Part shown: piece by piece, positions 1 to 9,822 of the stretch
Layout: each line of letters begins with the position of its first letter
How positions within the stretch are numbered: position 1 is the first letter of the stretch
Source of the DNA: Candidatus Marinacidobacterales bacterium
GTDB lineage: Bacteria > Acidobacteriota > Vicinamibacteria > Marinacidobacterales > SMYC01
NCBI GenBank assembly: GCA_965237955.1
Contig: OZ250169.1
Coordinates: 4,928,001-4,992,000, forward strand
Direction: 5' to 3'
Length of the DNA: 64,000 nt
Notes under the pieces: generated by a model
Told to the model about the DNA's origin: nothing
Database searches by the model: none
The model's input: only the letters and a program-made list of their open reading frames with translations
Position numbers and translations under genes: made by a program

Positions 1-52
1 GGTCGAGGGCGCGGTCATCGACGGTGCGCTTCGCCTCGAGGTAGTGCGCTAG
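1..52 (+). CDS. 3' end of an unidentified gene entering from the left edge
   Basis: Open frame from position 2 (VEGAVIDGALRLEVVR) ends in TAG at 50-52, just upstream of the RibD-like gene. Confidence 0.4.
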   Translation, partial: VEGAVIDGALRLEVVR

Positions 53-84
53 CTCGTGCACGAGGATAGGATATAGCCAGTCGC

Positions 85-819
85 ATGCTGGAGCGAGATC
101 GCGTTTCGAGTCCGATTCTCGGGGATCTCCATGCGCGTTTGGACGAGGCCGAGCACGACGGCGCGGCTCGCGGGCGTCCTTTCGTTACGCTCGCCTACGC
201 TCAGAGTCTCGACGGGAGCATTGCCGGGCAGGGGCGTCGTCCTCTCAGCTTGAGCGGACCGAGCTCTCTCCAGCTTACCCATGAGCTCCGCGCCGCCCAC
301 AACGCCATCCTCGTCGGGATCGGCACGGTGTTGTCCGACAACCCACAACTGAACGTGCGCCTCGTTCCCGGCTCGGATCCGCAACCGATCGTCGTCGACA
401 GCCGCTTGCGACTCCCCGAAGCGGCCCATCTCATGGAAAGTGGGCGCGGCACGTGGCTCGCGGTGACACCCGACGCCGGCGAGCAGGATGAAACACGTGT
501 CCGGGCCCGTGGTGCGGATGTTCTGCGAACGCCGGCTCTCGACAACGGTTGGGTCGACCTCGAGGCCCTCATGGGGAGTCTCTCGGAGCGCGGCCTTGCA
601 CATCTTCTCGTGGAAGGCGGCGCTCGTATCTTGACGAGCTTCTTGAAAGCTCGGCTCGTGGATTACGTCGTCATCACGGTTTCGCCTCAATTCGTTGGCG
701 GGGTTCCCGCGCTTTGCGAGACCGAGCTATCCCCGTTTCCGCGTCTTCGGTCGTGGCAGACCGAGCGGGTCGGGGAGGATCTCATCATGGCCGGCGAGCT
801 CGCCTGGTCTGATGAATGA
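85..819 (+). CDS. RibD C-terminal-domain reductase (pyrimidine reductase-like)
   Basis: Motifs VTLAYAQSLDGSIA, AILVGIGTVLSDNPQLNVR and LLVEGGARIL; no deaminase domain. Confidence 0.85.
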   Translation: MLERDRVSSPILGDLHARLDEAEHDGAARGRPFVTLAYAQSLDGSIAGQGRRPLSLSGPSSLQLTHELRAAHNAILVGIGTVLSDNPQLNVRLVPGSDPQPIVVDSRLRLPEAAHLMESGRGTWLAVTPDAGEQDETRVRARGADVLRTPALDNGWVDLEALMGSLSERGLAHLLVEGGARILTSFLKARLVDYVVITVSPQFVGGVPALCETELSPFPRLRSWQTERVGEDLIMAGELAWSDE

Positions 820-1805
820 CCCGACGAATGAACCGCCGCTTGGTCGTGTTTGCGGCGCCGGGTCGCATCGAAGTTACCGACGACGACATCCCATCCCCGC
901 AACCAGGCGAGGTGCTCGTGCGTACGCTCGTCTCGGGCATCAGCGCGGGGACCGAGCTTCATGTCTATCGCGGAGATATTTCCGAAGGTGTGCTCCTCGA
1001 CGAGAGCTTGCCGTCCCTTCAGGAGCCGTTTCGCTATCCGGCGACTTACGGCTACGCGTCGGTGGGGGAGGTCGTCGACGATGGCCGGCGCGTGTTCGCG
1101 TTTCAGCCTCACGTGAGTCACTACGTCGCCGACGAAGACGAGCTGTACGAGCTGCCGGAAGACCTATCGTCGGAAGCCGCCGCGCTATGGGCGAGTGTCG
1201 AGACCGCCGTGAATCTCGTTCTGGATGCGCGGCCGCTCGTCGGCGAGCGCGTGCTCGTCGTCGGACAGGGCGTGGTCGGATTGGCAACTACGTCAATCTT
1301 GTCCCGATTCCCACTCGGCGAGCTTTGGACGATCGAGCCGATCGAATCGCGGCGAGCCGCCTCGGAGCGATGTGGCGCCGCCAGCTCGTTTCATCCTGAT
1401 GAGGCAAACGACGCCGGCGTTCTCGAGCGCTTCGACCTCACCATCGAGCTATCGGGATCGGCCGCGGGACTCAATCTCGCCATCGGCGCCACTGGTTTCG
1501 AAGGCCGGGTGGTTGTTGGCTCCTGGTACGGCGACAAGTCAGTGTCCGTGGATCTGGGGACGCATTTTCATCGCGGCCGGCTGCAACTCCTCATCATCAG
1601 TAGCCAGGTGAGCCACCTCGGCTCGCCGCTCCTGTCTCGTTGGACGAAGGCGCGCCGCATGGAGGTCGCGGCGGATGCCCTCTCTCGCCTCCCCGCGGAA
1701 GCCATTATCACCCATCGTTTCCCGGTCGAGCGTGCCGCGGACGCGTACGCGCTCATCGACGAGCGAGCGGATGCGTGTCTGCAGGTGCTGCTGACCTATA
1801 CTTGA
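816..1805 (+). CDS. Zn-binding/MDR-family dehydrogenase
   Basis: SGISAGTE, YGYASVGEV and the Rossmann motif VVGQGVVG; ATGA overlap with the upstream gene. Confidence 0.8.
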   Translation: MTRRMNRRLVVFAAPGRIEVTDDDIPSPQPGEVLVRTLVSGISAGTELHVYRGDISEGVLLDESLPSLQEPFRYPATYGYASVGEVVDDGRRVFAFQPHVSHYVADEDELYELPEDLSSEAAALWASVETAVNLVLDARPLVGERVLVVGQGVVGLATTSILSRFPLGELWTIEPIESRRAASERCGAASSFHPDEANDAGVLERFDLTIELSGSAAGLNLAIGATGFEGRVVVGSWYGDKSVSVDLGTHFHRGRLQLLIISSQVSHLGSPLLSRWTKARRMEVAADALSRLPAEAIITHRFPVERAADAYALIDERADACLQVLLTYT

Positions 1806-1811
1806 GCCGAC

Positions 1812-2225
1812 ATGGCGAAGTACGCACTCGGGGTCAACACCGAGTTCACCGCGAAGCACTATCTCGTCGGGGGAGAATTCGGTCCGGAGGGCGAGCTGCA
1901 CGCCCATGACTATCGGGTCGAGGTCGTCCTCGAGGGCGACGAGCTGGACGAGCACGGCTTCCTCGTCGATATCGTGCGCGTGAAAGCCGAGCTCGCGCGT
2001 CTCGCCGCGCGCTACCGCGACGCGATATTGAACGATCTACCCGAGCTCGAGGGCAAGAACCCCGGATGCGAGGAGTTCTCGCGCGTCTTTGCCGAGTCGC
2101 TTCGAGACGGGCTAGATCAGAGAAGCCTGTTGAGCCTGTCCAACCTGTCAGGCCTGACTATCAAGATTTGGGAAAACCCTGAAGCCTGGGCGCAGTGTCG
2201 CCTCGAACTGTCAACGTCGGAGTAA
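1812..2225 (+). CDS. 6-pyruvoyl-tetrahydropterin synthase/QueD-family protein (COG0720), FGPE variant
   Basis: F-x-A-x-H, FGPEGELHAHDY, GFLVDI, LNDLPE, NPGCE and IKIWE match the T-fold PTPS family. Confidence 0.85.
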   Translation: MAKYALGVNTEFTAKHYLVGGEFGPEGELHAHDYRVEVVLEGDELDEHGFLVDIVRVKAELARLAARYRDAILNDLPELEGKNPGCEEFSRVFAESLRDGLDQRSLLSLSNLSGLTIKIWENPEAWAQCRLELSTSE

Positions 2226-2227
2226 GA

Positions 2228-4156
2228 ATGGCAACCGAGACATTCCAGTTTCAAACCGAAGTTCAAGAGCTCCTCGAGCTGATCATCCACTCGCTCTATT
2301 CGCACAAGGACATCTTCTTGCGCGAGCTCGTCTCAAACGCATCGGATGCGAGCGACCGTCTTCGTTTCGAAGCGCTCACGAAGCCGGAGCTTCTCACCCC
2401 GGACAGCGGAGCGGCGAAGCTCGAGATCCGGCTCGAAGTTGACAAAGACGCCAGGACGCTCACCGTCCACGACAACGGGATCGGGATGAGCAAGAAAGAG
2501 CTCGTCGACAACATTGGCACGATCGCAAAGTCGGGAACGCGCGAGCTCACCGAGAAGATTCAAAAAGCGAAGATGAAAAAAGCCCAGAAAGGCCAAAGAG
2601 AAGAGACGAGCGACGTGGGCGAGCTCATTGGACAATTCGGCGTCGGTTTCTACTCGTCGTTCATGGTGTCGAAGAAAGTCGAGCTTACGACGCGCCGAGC
2701 CGGGCAGAAGACGGCGACGCGGTGGGAATCGGACGGGAAGGGCGACTACAGCATCGAAAAGGCCGAGCGGGAGACCAGCGGCACGAGTATCACCCTTCAT
2801 CTCGAGCCAGTCGACGAAGAGCAAGGTCTCGAGGACTTCACCGACGAGCATGTCCTATCCCGCATCATCCGCCGGTACTCGGACTTCATCGCGTACCCGA
2901 TCGTGCTCCGGGTCGAGGACGGTGAAGACGAGACGCTCAACTCGATGAAGCCGATCTGGGAGCGGGCCGCCTCGGACGTCACCGACGAAGAGTACGGCGA
3001 ATTCTACAAGCACATTTCGCACGACTGGCGCGACCCCCTCGAGCGGATTCTGCAGCGCGCGGAAGGGCTCATCGAGTACAAGGCTCTGTTGTTCATTCCG
3101 AGCGAGGCGCCGGTCGACCTCTATTACGTGGGCCACGAGTCCGGACTTCGTCTGTACGTGAAGCGGGTCTCGATCATGGAGCACTGCGAGGAGCTTTTGC
3201 CTCGCTACCTCCGCTTCATGCAGGGCGTCGTGGATTCAGCCGACTTACCGCTCAACGTTTCGCGGGAGATCCTCCAGCATGACCGGCAAATCCGACAGAT
3301 TCGCAAAGGACTTCAGAAAAAGGTTCTCGACACGTTCCAGAAGATGAAGGCGGACGACGAAGAGAAATACCTGAAGTTCTGGACACCGTTCGGACGCGCT
3401 CTGAAAGAAGGCGTCGCCGAAGACTTCGAGAACCGTGACAAGCTCGTGGAGCTGTTGCTATTCGCCTCGTCGCGCGATCCCGAGAAGCTCACATCGCTCG
3501 CGGACTACCTCGAACGTATGCAGGAAGGGCAGGACGCCATCTACTACATGACCGGCGAGAGTCGCGAGGTGATCGAGAGCTCGCCGCACCTCGAAGCGTT
3601 CAGCGACAAGGGCGTCGAGGTCCTCTACCTGAGTGACGCCGTCGACGAGCTGCTCGTGCAGACGCTGACCGAGTACAAAGACAAGAAGCTCCAGTCGGCG
3701 GGGAAGGGCACCGTCGACCTCGGTACCGAAGAAGAAAAAGAAGGCAACAAGAAAGAGCTCGACGAGAAGGCGGAGACGTTCGAGGCGCTTCTCGAGCGCA
3801 TGAAGACATCGCTCTCGGATCGCGTGAAAGAAGTGCGTCTGTCCTCGCGCCTCACGAGCTCACCCGCATGCCTGGTCGGAGGCGAGCAGGACGTCAGCCC
3901 CCGGGTCGAGAAGTGGCTTCGTCAACAGCAACAGGGCGACGCGCCAGCGCAAAAACGCATTCTCGAGATGAACCCCGACCATCCGATCGTGACGGGGTTG
4001 AAGGCGAAGTTCGACGTTCAAGAGACCACGGAAGCGGTTCCGGAGTACGCGGAGCTTCTTTACGGCTACGCGCTTTTGGCCGAGGGGTCGGAGATTTCCG
4101 ATCCCGCCGAGTTCGCCCGCCGTTTCGCCGCGCTGATGGAGCGCGGCCTGAACTAG
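2228..4156 (+). CDS. htpG: Molecular chaperone HtpG (Hsp90)
   Basis: HSLYSHKDIFLRELVSNASDA, DNGIGM, IGQFGVGFYS, DLPLNVSREILQ; ATG at 2228. Confidence 0.97.
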   Translation: MATETFQFQTEVQELLELIIHSLYSHKDIFLRELVSNASDASDRLRFEALTKPELLTPDSGAAKLEIRLEVDKDARTLTVHDNGIGMSKKELVDNIGTIAKSGTRELTEKIQKAKMKKAQKGQREETSDVGELIGQFGVGFYSSFMVSKKVELTTRRAGQKTATRWESDGKGDYSIEKAERETSGTSITLHLEPVDEEQGLEDFTDEHVLSRIIRRYSDFIAYPIVLRVEDGEDETLNSMKPIWERAASDVTDEEYGEFYKHISHDWRDPLERILQRAEGLIEYKALLFIPSEAPVDLYYVGHESGLRLYVKRVSIMEHCEELLPRYLRFMQGVVDSADLPLNVSREILQHDRQIRQIRKGLQKKVLDTFQKMKADDEEKYLKFWTPFGRALKEGVAEDFENRDKLVELLLFASSRDPEKLTSLADYLERMQEGQDAIYYMTGESREVIESSPHLEAFSDKGVEVLYLSDAVDELLVQTLTEYKDKKLQSAGKGTVDLGTEEEKEGNKKELDEKAETFEALLERMKTSLSDRVKEVRLSSRLTSSPACLVGGEQDVSPRVEKWLRQQQQGDAPAQKRILEMNPDHPIVTGLKAKFDVQETTEAVPEYAELLYGYALLAEGSEISDPAEFARRFAALMERGLN

Positions 4157-4164
4157 TACTAGTC

Positions 4165-4941
4165 CTAGTGCCCCAAGTTGAGATGCCGGACGACGCGGCG
4201 GACGGCGAAGCGGGGTGAGAGCCTGACCAAAACCGCCAGAAAACGATTCGCGAGACCGGGAATGGCGACAGCCTTCCCCTTGACCATGGCGCGATAGCCG
4301 ACCTCGGCGACGAAACGGGCGTCCTGCATCCCCAGACGGATCAAACCGGAATCCGCTATCTGCGCGCGGGCTTGGAATCCGGTGGCGGTGACACCAGGGC
4401 AAAGGGCGGTGACGGTCACCCCGGTACCGCGGAGCTCTTCCGTCAGCGCTTCCGAGAACGAGAGCACATAGGCCTTGGTTGCATAGTACACGGCCATGAA
4501 CGGGCCGGGCTGGAAAGCTGCGGTGGAGGCGATGTTCAGTATCTGTCCACGCCCCCGATCGACCATGTCGGGTAGAAACAGACGCGTGAGATGAGTCAAC
4601 GCGGTGATGTTCACCTGTATTATCTCGAGTTGATTGCTGGATTCGGCTTGCTGAAATGGGCCGAGATACGCGAATCCGGCGTTATTGATCAGCGCGCCGA
4701 CCTCGAGACCGCGCGAGGTAATCTCTGCTCGAGTCTTTTCGGCGGCGCCGGGCTCGCCGAGATCCTGAACGAGAACCTCCACGCTCACCCCGTGTTCCGA
4801 GCGCAGCGACTCTGCGAGCGAAGACAGCTTGTCCTCGCTGCGAGCCAGGAGCACGAGGTTTCTTTTATGCGCCGCGCACAACGTGGCTAACTCGCGCCCG
4901 ATCCCGCTCGATGCGCCGGTGACAAGAGTGAACGTCGACAT
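4165..4941 (-). CDS. Short-chain dehydrogenase/reductase
   Basis: TGASSGIG, NNAG and catalytic YYATK (YxxxK). Confidence 0.92.
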   Translation of the reverse strand: MSTFTLVTGASSGIGRELATLCAAHKRNLVLLARSEDKLSSLAESLRSEHGVSVEVLVQDLGEPGAAEKTRAEITSRGLEVGALINNAGFAYLGPFQQAESSNQLEIIQVNITALTHLTRLFLPDMVDRGRGQILNIASTAAFQPGPFMAVYYATKAYVLSFSEALTEELRGTGVTVTALCPGVTATGFQARAQIADSGLIRLGMQDARFVAEVGYRAMVKGKAVAIPGLANRFLAVLVRLSPRFAVRRVVRHLNLGH

Positions 4942-5005
4942 GTCGCTGACTATAGCGGGATGGACCCGGGTTGTCAGCTCGGCTTCTCCCGCTTACACTC
5001 TTGGT

Positions 5006-5500
5006 ATGGCTCTCAGTTGTCCCAACTGTGATTTCGCCATCGATGATGAACTGCCCCGGCTGGCAGAATCCGCCCAGGTCCTGTGCCCACAATGCCAGGA
5101 GCCGTTGACGTTGCCGGAAATGACCATCCCGATCTCGATCGCGGATACGCCACTAATGTCGTCGCCGTCGTCGGCGCCGCAACCCGGCCTCGATCCGAAC
5201 AAGAAATATACCCTCCTCATTGTCAGTGGCAAGGAAGCGGGCAAAGTCCTCGACATCGAAAAGTCGGTGGTGACCATCGGTCGCGTCGGTTGCGATCTCG
5301 TCGTCGACGACCCGGAGCTGTCACGTCGCCACGTGCGGGTCGAGATTCAGGGTGCGGAGGTCACGCTGAAAGACCTCGACAGCACCAACGGTACCTTCAT
5401 GGATGACGAGCGTATTCGCGAAGTGTCCATCGACAATCGCTCGAAGTTTCGCGTCGGAAGCCACGAGATCGCCCTGGTGATAACCGACCAGGACGAGTGA
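5006..5500 (+). CDS. Zinc-ribbon + FHA domain protein
   Basis: CPNC...CPQC at the N-terminus; FHA motifs IGR, SRRH, DLDSTNGT. ATG 5006 chosen to avoid overlap with the SDR. Confidence 0.85.
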   Translation: MALSCPNCDFAIDDELPRLAESAQVLCPQCQEPLTLPEMTIPISIADTPLMSSPSSAPQPGLDPNKKYTLLIVSGKEAGKVLDIEKSVVTIGRVGCDLVVDDPELSRRHVRVEIQGAEVTLKDLDSTNGTFMDDERIREVSIDNRSKFRVGSHEIALVITDQDE

Positions 5501-5565
5501 AGATTCACTAGTTTCGGGTATAATACCGCCTCGCAATTTTCCCTTACCCCTCTTGCGAGTGCGGC

Positions 5566-7635
5566 ATGACGTATCCTTTTAAAAACAAAGAGATTAGCTG
5601 GCTCTCTTTCAATGAAAGGGTTCTGCAGGAGGCGAGCGACCGAAGCGTCCCCCTCATCGAGCGTATTCGCTTTCTAGGCATTTACTCGTCGAACCAGGAC
5701 GAGTTCTTCCGTGTTCGGGTGGCGACGCTGCATCGGCTGGCGCGACTGGGGAAGAAAGGCAAAAAGCTTCTCGGCCACGACCCCCGTGCCGTCATCTCCG
5801 AGATCAAAGACATCATCTTGCGGCAGCAGGAAGTCTTTCAGGGGGTCTACGAGCATCTCCTGGGAGAGTTGGCGACGGAAGGTATCCACGTCGTCGACGA
5901 GACGAAACTCACCGCCGAGCAGGGCGAGTTCGTGAGGAGCTACTTCCGTCAGCACGTCCGCCAGAAGCTGACGCCGCTCATGGTGAGCGAGAAGATGCGG
6001 TTTCCCGAGCTCAAGGACAGGTCGATTTATCTCGCGACGCGGCTCCGGACGCGCGGAGCGAAACCGGATCGATACGCGCTCATCGAAGTGCCAACTCCCG
6101 AGTCATCGCGTTTTCTGATCCTGCCGCAAGTCGACGCTCATCAATACGTCATCCTGCTCGAGGACGTCATCCGCTACAACTTGAAAGAGATTTTCTCGTT
6201 GTTCAAGTTCGAGGCCATCGACTCGCACCTGATCAAGCTGACGCGCGACGCGGAGCTCGATATCGACGACGACGTCACCGAGAGTTACCTTCGCAAAGTC
6301 GTGAAAAGCGTCAAACACCGCAAGGAAGGCAATCCCGTCCGCTTCGTTTACGACCGTGAGGTTTCCACCGAGCTTCTCAGTTTCATCAAACGCAAGCTGC
6401 GCATTCGCGGTGAAGACAGCACCGTACCGGGAGGGCGCACCCACAATTTTAAGGACTTCATCGATTTTCCGCAGATCGGTAAAGACGCGCTCTTGTATCC
6501 CAGGCTCGATCCCGTACCGGTGGCGCCCCTCGAAACGACCCGGAGCATCATGGCGTTCATGCGAGAGCGTGATCTCCTGTTGAATTTCCCGTACGAGTCG
6601 TTCGACTACATCATCGATCTGCTACGTGAGGCCGCGATCGATCCGAAAGTGACGGAGATCAAAGTGACTCTGTACCGCGTGGCTCGCCATTCGAGCGTCG
6701 CGAATGCGCTCATCAACGCTGCCCGCAACGGGAAAGACGTTACGGTCATCATCGAGCTCCAGGCCCGATTCGACGAGGAGACCAATATCGCGCTCGCCAA
6801 CCAGCTCCAGGAGGAAGGTGCGCAGGTCGTTTTTGGCGTGCCCGGGCTGAAGGTCCACGCGAAGATCGGCCTGATTTTGCGTCAGGAGAAAGGAAAGATC
6901 GCACGCTACGCGTTTCTCGGTACCGGGAACCTCAACGAGGATACCGGCAAGCTGTACTCGGATCATTGCCTGTTCACGACCGATCGCAGGCTGACGCGCG
7001 AAGTCGACGCCGTATTCGACTTTCTTCAGGACAACTATCGGGTACCCACATTCAAACACCTCGTGGTCGCGCCGTTTACGCTTCGTGAGCGGATGGTCGA
7101 GCTCGTGCTCACGGAGATCAAGAACGCGCGCAAGGGCAAGAAAGCCGCGATCGATCTCAAGCTCAACAATCTCACCGACCCGGATATGATCGGCCTCCTG
7201 TACGAAGCCGCGGAGGCGGGCGTTCACGTTCGCCTCAACGTGCGCGGAATGTACTCGGTGCTACCTCATACGCTGGAGCATCAGAAAAACATCGAAGCCA
7301 TCGGGATCATCGACAGGCTTCTCGAGCATACTCGCATCTTGGTGTTCCATAACGGCGGTGAAGAAAAAGTGTTTCTGTCGTCCGGAGATTGGATGACGCG
7401 GAATCTCGATCGGCGGGTCGAAGTTACCTTCCCCGTCTACGATGCCGACTTGCAACAAGAGCTCAAAGCGCTTCTAGAGATTCAGTGGCAGGACAACGTG
7501 AAGGCGCGGATTCTCAGCGCCGAGATGATGAATCAATACCGGCCGCGCAAAGGGAAGGCCGTGCGCGCGCAAATGGCCTTTTACGATTATCTGCGCGCCC
7601 GAGCCGACGAGTCCGCGGAACAAGCTTCGGCGTGA
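5566..7635 (+). CDS. ppk1: Polyphosphate kinase 1
   Basis: EISWLSFNERVLQEA, SSNQDEFFRVRVA, ELQARFDEE, GLKVHAK, SGDWMTRNLDRRVE. Confidence 0.97.
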   Translation: MTYPFKNKEISWLSFNERVLQEASDRSVPLIERIRFLGIYSSNQDEFFRVRVATLHRLARLGKKGKKLLGHDPRAVISEIKDIILRQQEVFQGVYEHLLGELATEGIHVVDETKLTAEQGEFVRSYFRQHVRQKLTPLMVSEKMRFPELKDRSIYLATRLRTRGAKPDRYALIEVPTPESSRFLILPQVDAHQYVILLEDVIRYNLKEIFSLFKFEAIDSHLIKLTRDAELDIDDDVTESYLRKVVKSVKHRKEGNPVRFVYDREVSTELLSFIKRKLRIRGEDSTVPGGRTHNFKDFIDFPQIGKDALLYPRLDPVPVAPLETTRSIMAFMRERDLLLNFPYESFDYIIDLLREAAIDPKVTEIKVTLYRVARHSSVANALINAARNGKDVTVIIELQARFDEETNIALANQLQEEGAQVVFGVPGLKVHAKIGLILRQEKGKIARYAFLGTGNLNEDTGKLYSDHCLFTTDRRLTREVDAVFDFLQDNYRVPTFKHLVVAPFTLRERMVELVLTEIKNARKGKKAAIDLKLNNLTDPDMIGLLYEAAEAGVHVRLNVRGMYSVLPHTLEHQKNIEAIGIIDRLLEHTRILVFHNGGEEKVFLSSGDWMTRNLDRRVEVTFPVYDADLQQELKALLEIQWQDNVKARILSAEMMNQYRPRKGKAVRAQMAFYDYLRARADESAEQASA

Positions 7636-7657
7636 GCGCGGCGTTCATCCGCCGCCA

Positions 7658-7685
7658 GCTGACGGCTGATAGCCGATGGCCGACG
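7658..7685 (+). repeat. Four degenerate tandem heptamers (GCYGAYR)
   Basis: gctgacg-gctgata-gccgatg-gccgacg, between convergent gene ends. Confidence 0.65.
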
Positions 7686-7705
7686 GCGCCTCAAGACGGC
7701 GACCC

Positions 7706-9811
7706 TCAAGTCGTCACGTAAGCCGTCTTTACAGTCGTATAGAATTCTGGGTCTACGCGGATTCGTGTGGGTTGAAGACGGCATTTCTGGGTAATGGCGG
7801 AAGGAAAGCCGCCACGATCTTCAGCTTGAGATATTCCTCGTCGCGATAGCCGTAGGCGCGTCGTTGCAGCACACGGATTTTGTTGTTGACCCCTTCAACT
7901 AGGAGGCGCAGACGTTCCATCTCGGCCACCGCCTTGTCCGGCACAGCTTGCCCACATGCGTCGCAAAACGCTAGGTGTAGCGCGAGTTGTTCGCCAGCCA
8001 GTCCAGGTGTTCTACATGCAAACCGCCGCACCCAGGACAGTTGACGCGCCAACGCTCGTATTCCAGATAGATCCGCCAGCCTGCCAACGACAGGTCGCGG
8101 ACCCGGCACACTTGCTTGTCATAGCGCCCCCGGCACCGTTGCCCACAGTAAGAGCACACAGCTGTTTTTTTCGCCTCTTGAGCTGGATGACGCGGGCGTA
8201 TCGGTCACCGAATAGACCCTTCAATCCGGCACACCACGAAACCTGGCAGCGCAAACAGCGAGCGGATCGACTGGGAATTTTTCACTCGGTTAGCCTATCC
8301 TAAAAATGGACCACTTTTCAGCACCTGATGAAGTACTCGATACCTTTTCCACACAATGAGTTACACTGTTTTTCCGTCAGAACTTACCCACACGAATCCG
8401 CGTAGACCCAGAATTCTTTCGCGTAACCGCCTTGCTCACGCGGGCCGTAGCTCGAGCCCTTGGTGCCGCCGAACGGTACGTGGTAGTCCACTCCCGCGGT
8501 CGGCAAGTTCACCATCACCATCCCCGCGCGCGATGCTTTTTTGAAATCGTCCGCGTGTTTGAGGGAGGTCGTCACGATGCCGGCGGAAAGACCGAAGTCG
8601 GTGTCGTTGGCGACCGCGACCGCTTCGTCGTACTCCTTGACGCGTACCACGGACGCGACCGGTCCGAAAACCTCCTCGCGATTGATCCGCATCTGGTTGT
8701 CGGTGTCGACGAAAAGGGCCGGGCTCAAGTAGAACCCTTCGGTGTCGCGGGTGACCCGCTCGCCGCCGCAGGCGAGACGCGCACCTTCTTTCTGGCCGAT
8801 CTCGATGTAGGACAGATCCTGGTCGAGCTGGGTCTGATCGACGACCGGGCCGATGTCGGTGTCATCGGCGATGGCATCACCTATTCGCAGCGCTTTCAGT
8901 TTCTCCACGACACCGTCGACGAAGCGATCGTGAATCCCTTCGGTCACGATGAGCCGCGACGAGGCCGTGCACCGTTGGCCCGTCGAGAAAAACGCTCCGT
9001 TGACCGCACAGTTGATGGCGACGTCGAGATCGGCATCATCGAGCACGACCAGAGGGTTCTTCCCGCCCATCTCGAGCTAGACTTTCGCATGGCGCTTCGT
9101 GGCTTCCATGAGAATCTGATGACCGGTCTCGACCGAGCCGGTGAAACTGATCCCGTTGACTTCGGGCGATTTGACGATTGCGTCGCCGACGATCGAACCC
9201 TTGCCGATGACGAGATTGAACACCCCGTCGGGAATGCCCGCGCGCGAGATGATGTCGGCGATGGCCCAGCCGCAGCCCGGGGTCAGCTCCGCGGGCTTGA
9301 ACACGACGGTGTTCCCGAACGCCAACGCGGGCGCGATCTTCCAAGCAGGAATGGCAATGGGGAAGTTCCACGGCGTGATGATCCCGACGACACCGAGAGG
9401 CTCGCGCGTCACTTCCACACGGACGCCGGGGCGGACCGAGGGCATCAGCTCACCGCCGGTACGGAGCACTTCACCCCCGAAGAATTTGAAGACGTAACCG
9501 GCGCGGGCGACTTCACCGATGCCTTCCTTGAGCGTCTTTCCTTCTTCGCGCGCGAGGAGGCGTCCCAGTTCCTCGCGTCGCTCGAGAATCTCGCTGCCAA
9601 TAGCGTCGAGTGCGTCGGAACGCGCCTGGATGCCAGATTGCGCCCAGCCCGCGAAAGCGGCACGCGCCGCCTGGATGGCGTCCTCGGCCTGCTTTTTGTC
9701 CGCGCGGGCGTACTCGCCAACACTTTCTGCCAGATTCGAGGGATTGATGTTCGGGGCGTAGCTGTCGCCCTTGACCCATTCACCACCGATGAACTGATCG
9801 TGTGTAGCCAT
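7706..9811 (-). pseudogene. Aldehyde dehydrogenase (2,5-dioxopentanoate dehydrogenase-like), disrupted by a nonsense codon and an IS insertion
   Basis: ITPWNFP, FTGS, (Q>TAG)LEMGGKN, GQRCTA, EEVFGPV, PFGG. In-frame TAG at 9077-9079. The native C-terminus KEF-YTTVKTAYVTT* resumes beyond the ISL3 remnant, with stop at 7706-7708. Confidence 0.9.
7749..8409 (-). mobile_element. Internally deleted ISL3-family element (661 bp)
   Basis: Perfect 24-bp IRs GGGTCTACGCGGATTCGTGTGGGT (7749-7772, 8386-8409); 8-bp DR AGAATTCT (7741-7748, 8410-8417); retains the zinc finger CSYC...CPGC and C-terminal EGVNNKIRVLQRRAYGYRD. Confidence 0.92.
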
Positions 9812-9822
9812 AGCTCTCAAGT

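Noticed and set aside
9077-9079. In-frame TAG in the aldehyde dehydrogenase as possible amber recoding (pyrrolysine or TAG=Gln)
   Set aside because: It is a simple CAG-to-TAG change in a gene that is also hit by an IS. TAG terminates intact genes here (htpG, moxR, RND permease), and no pyl genes are in the window.
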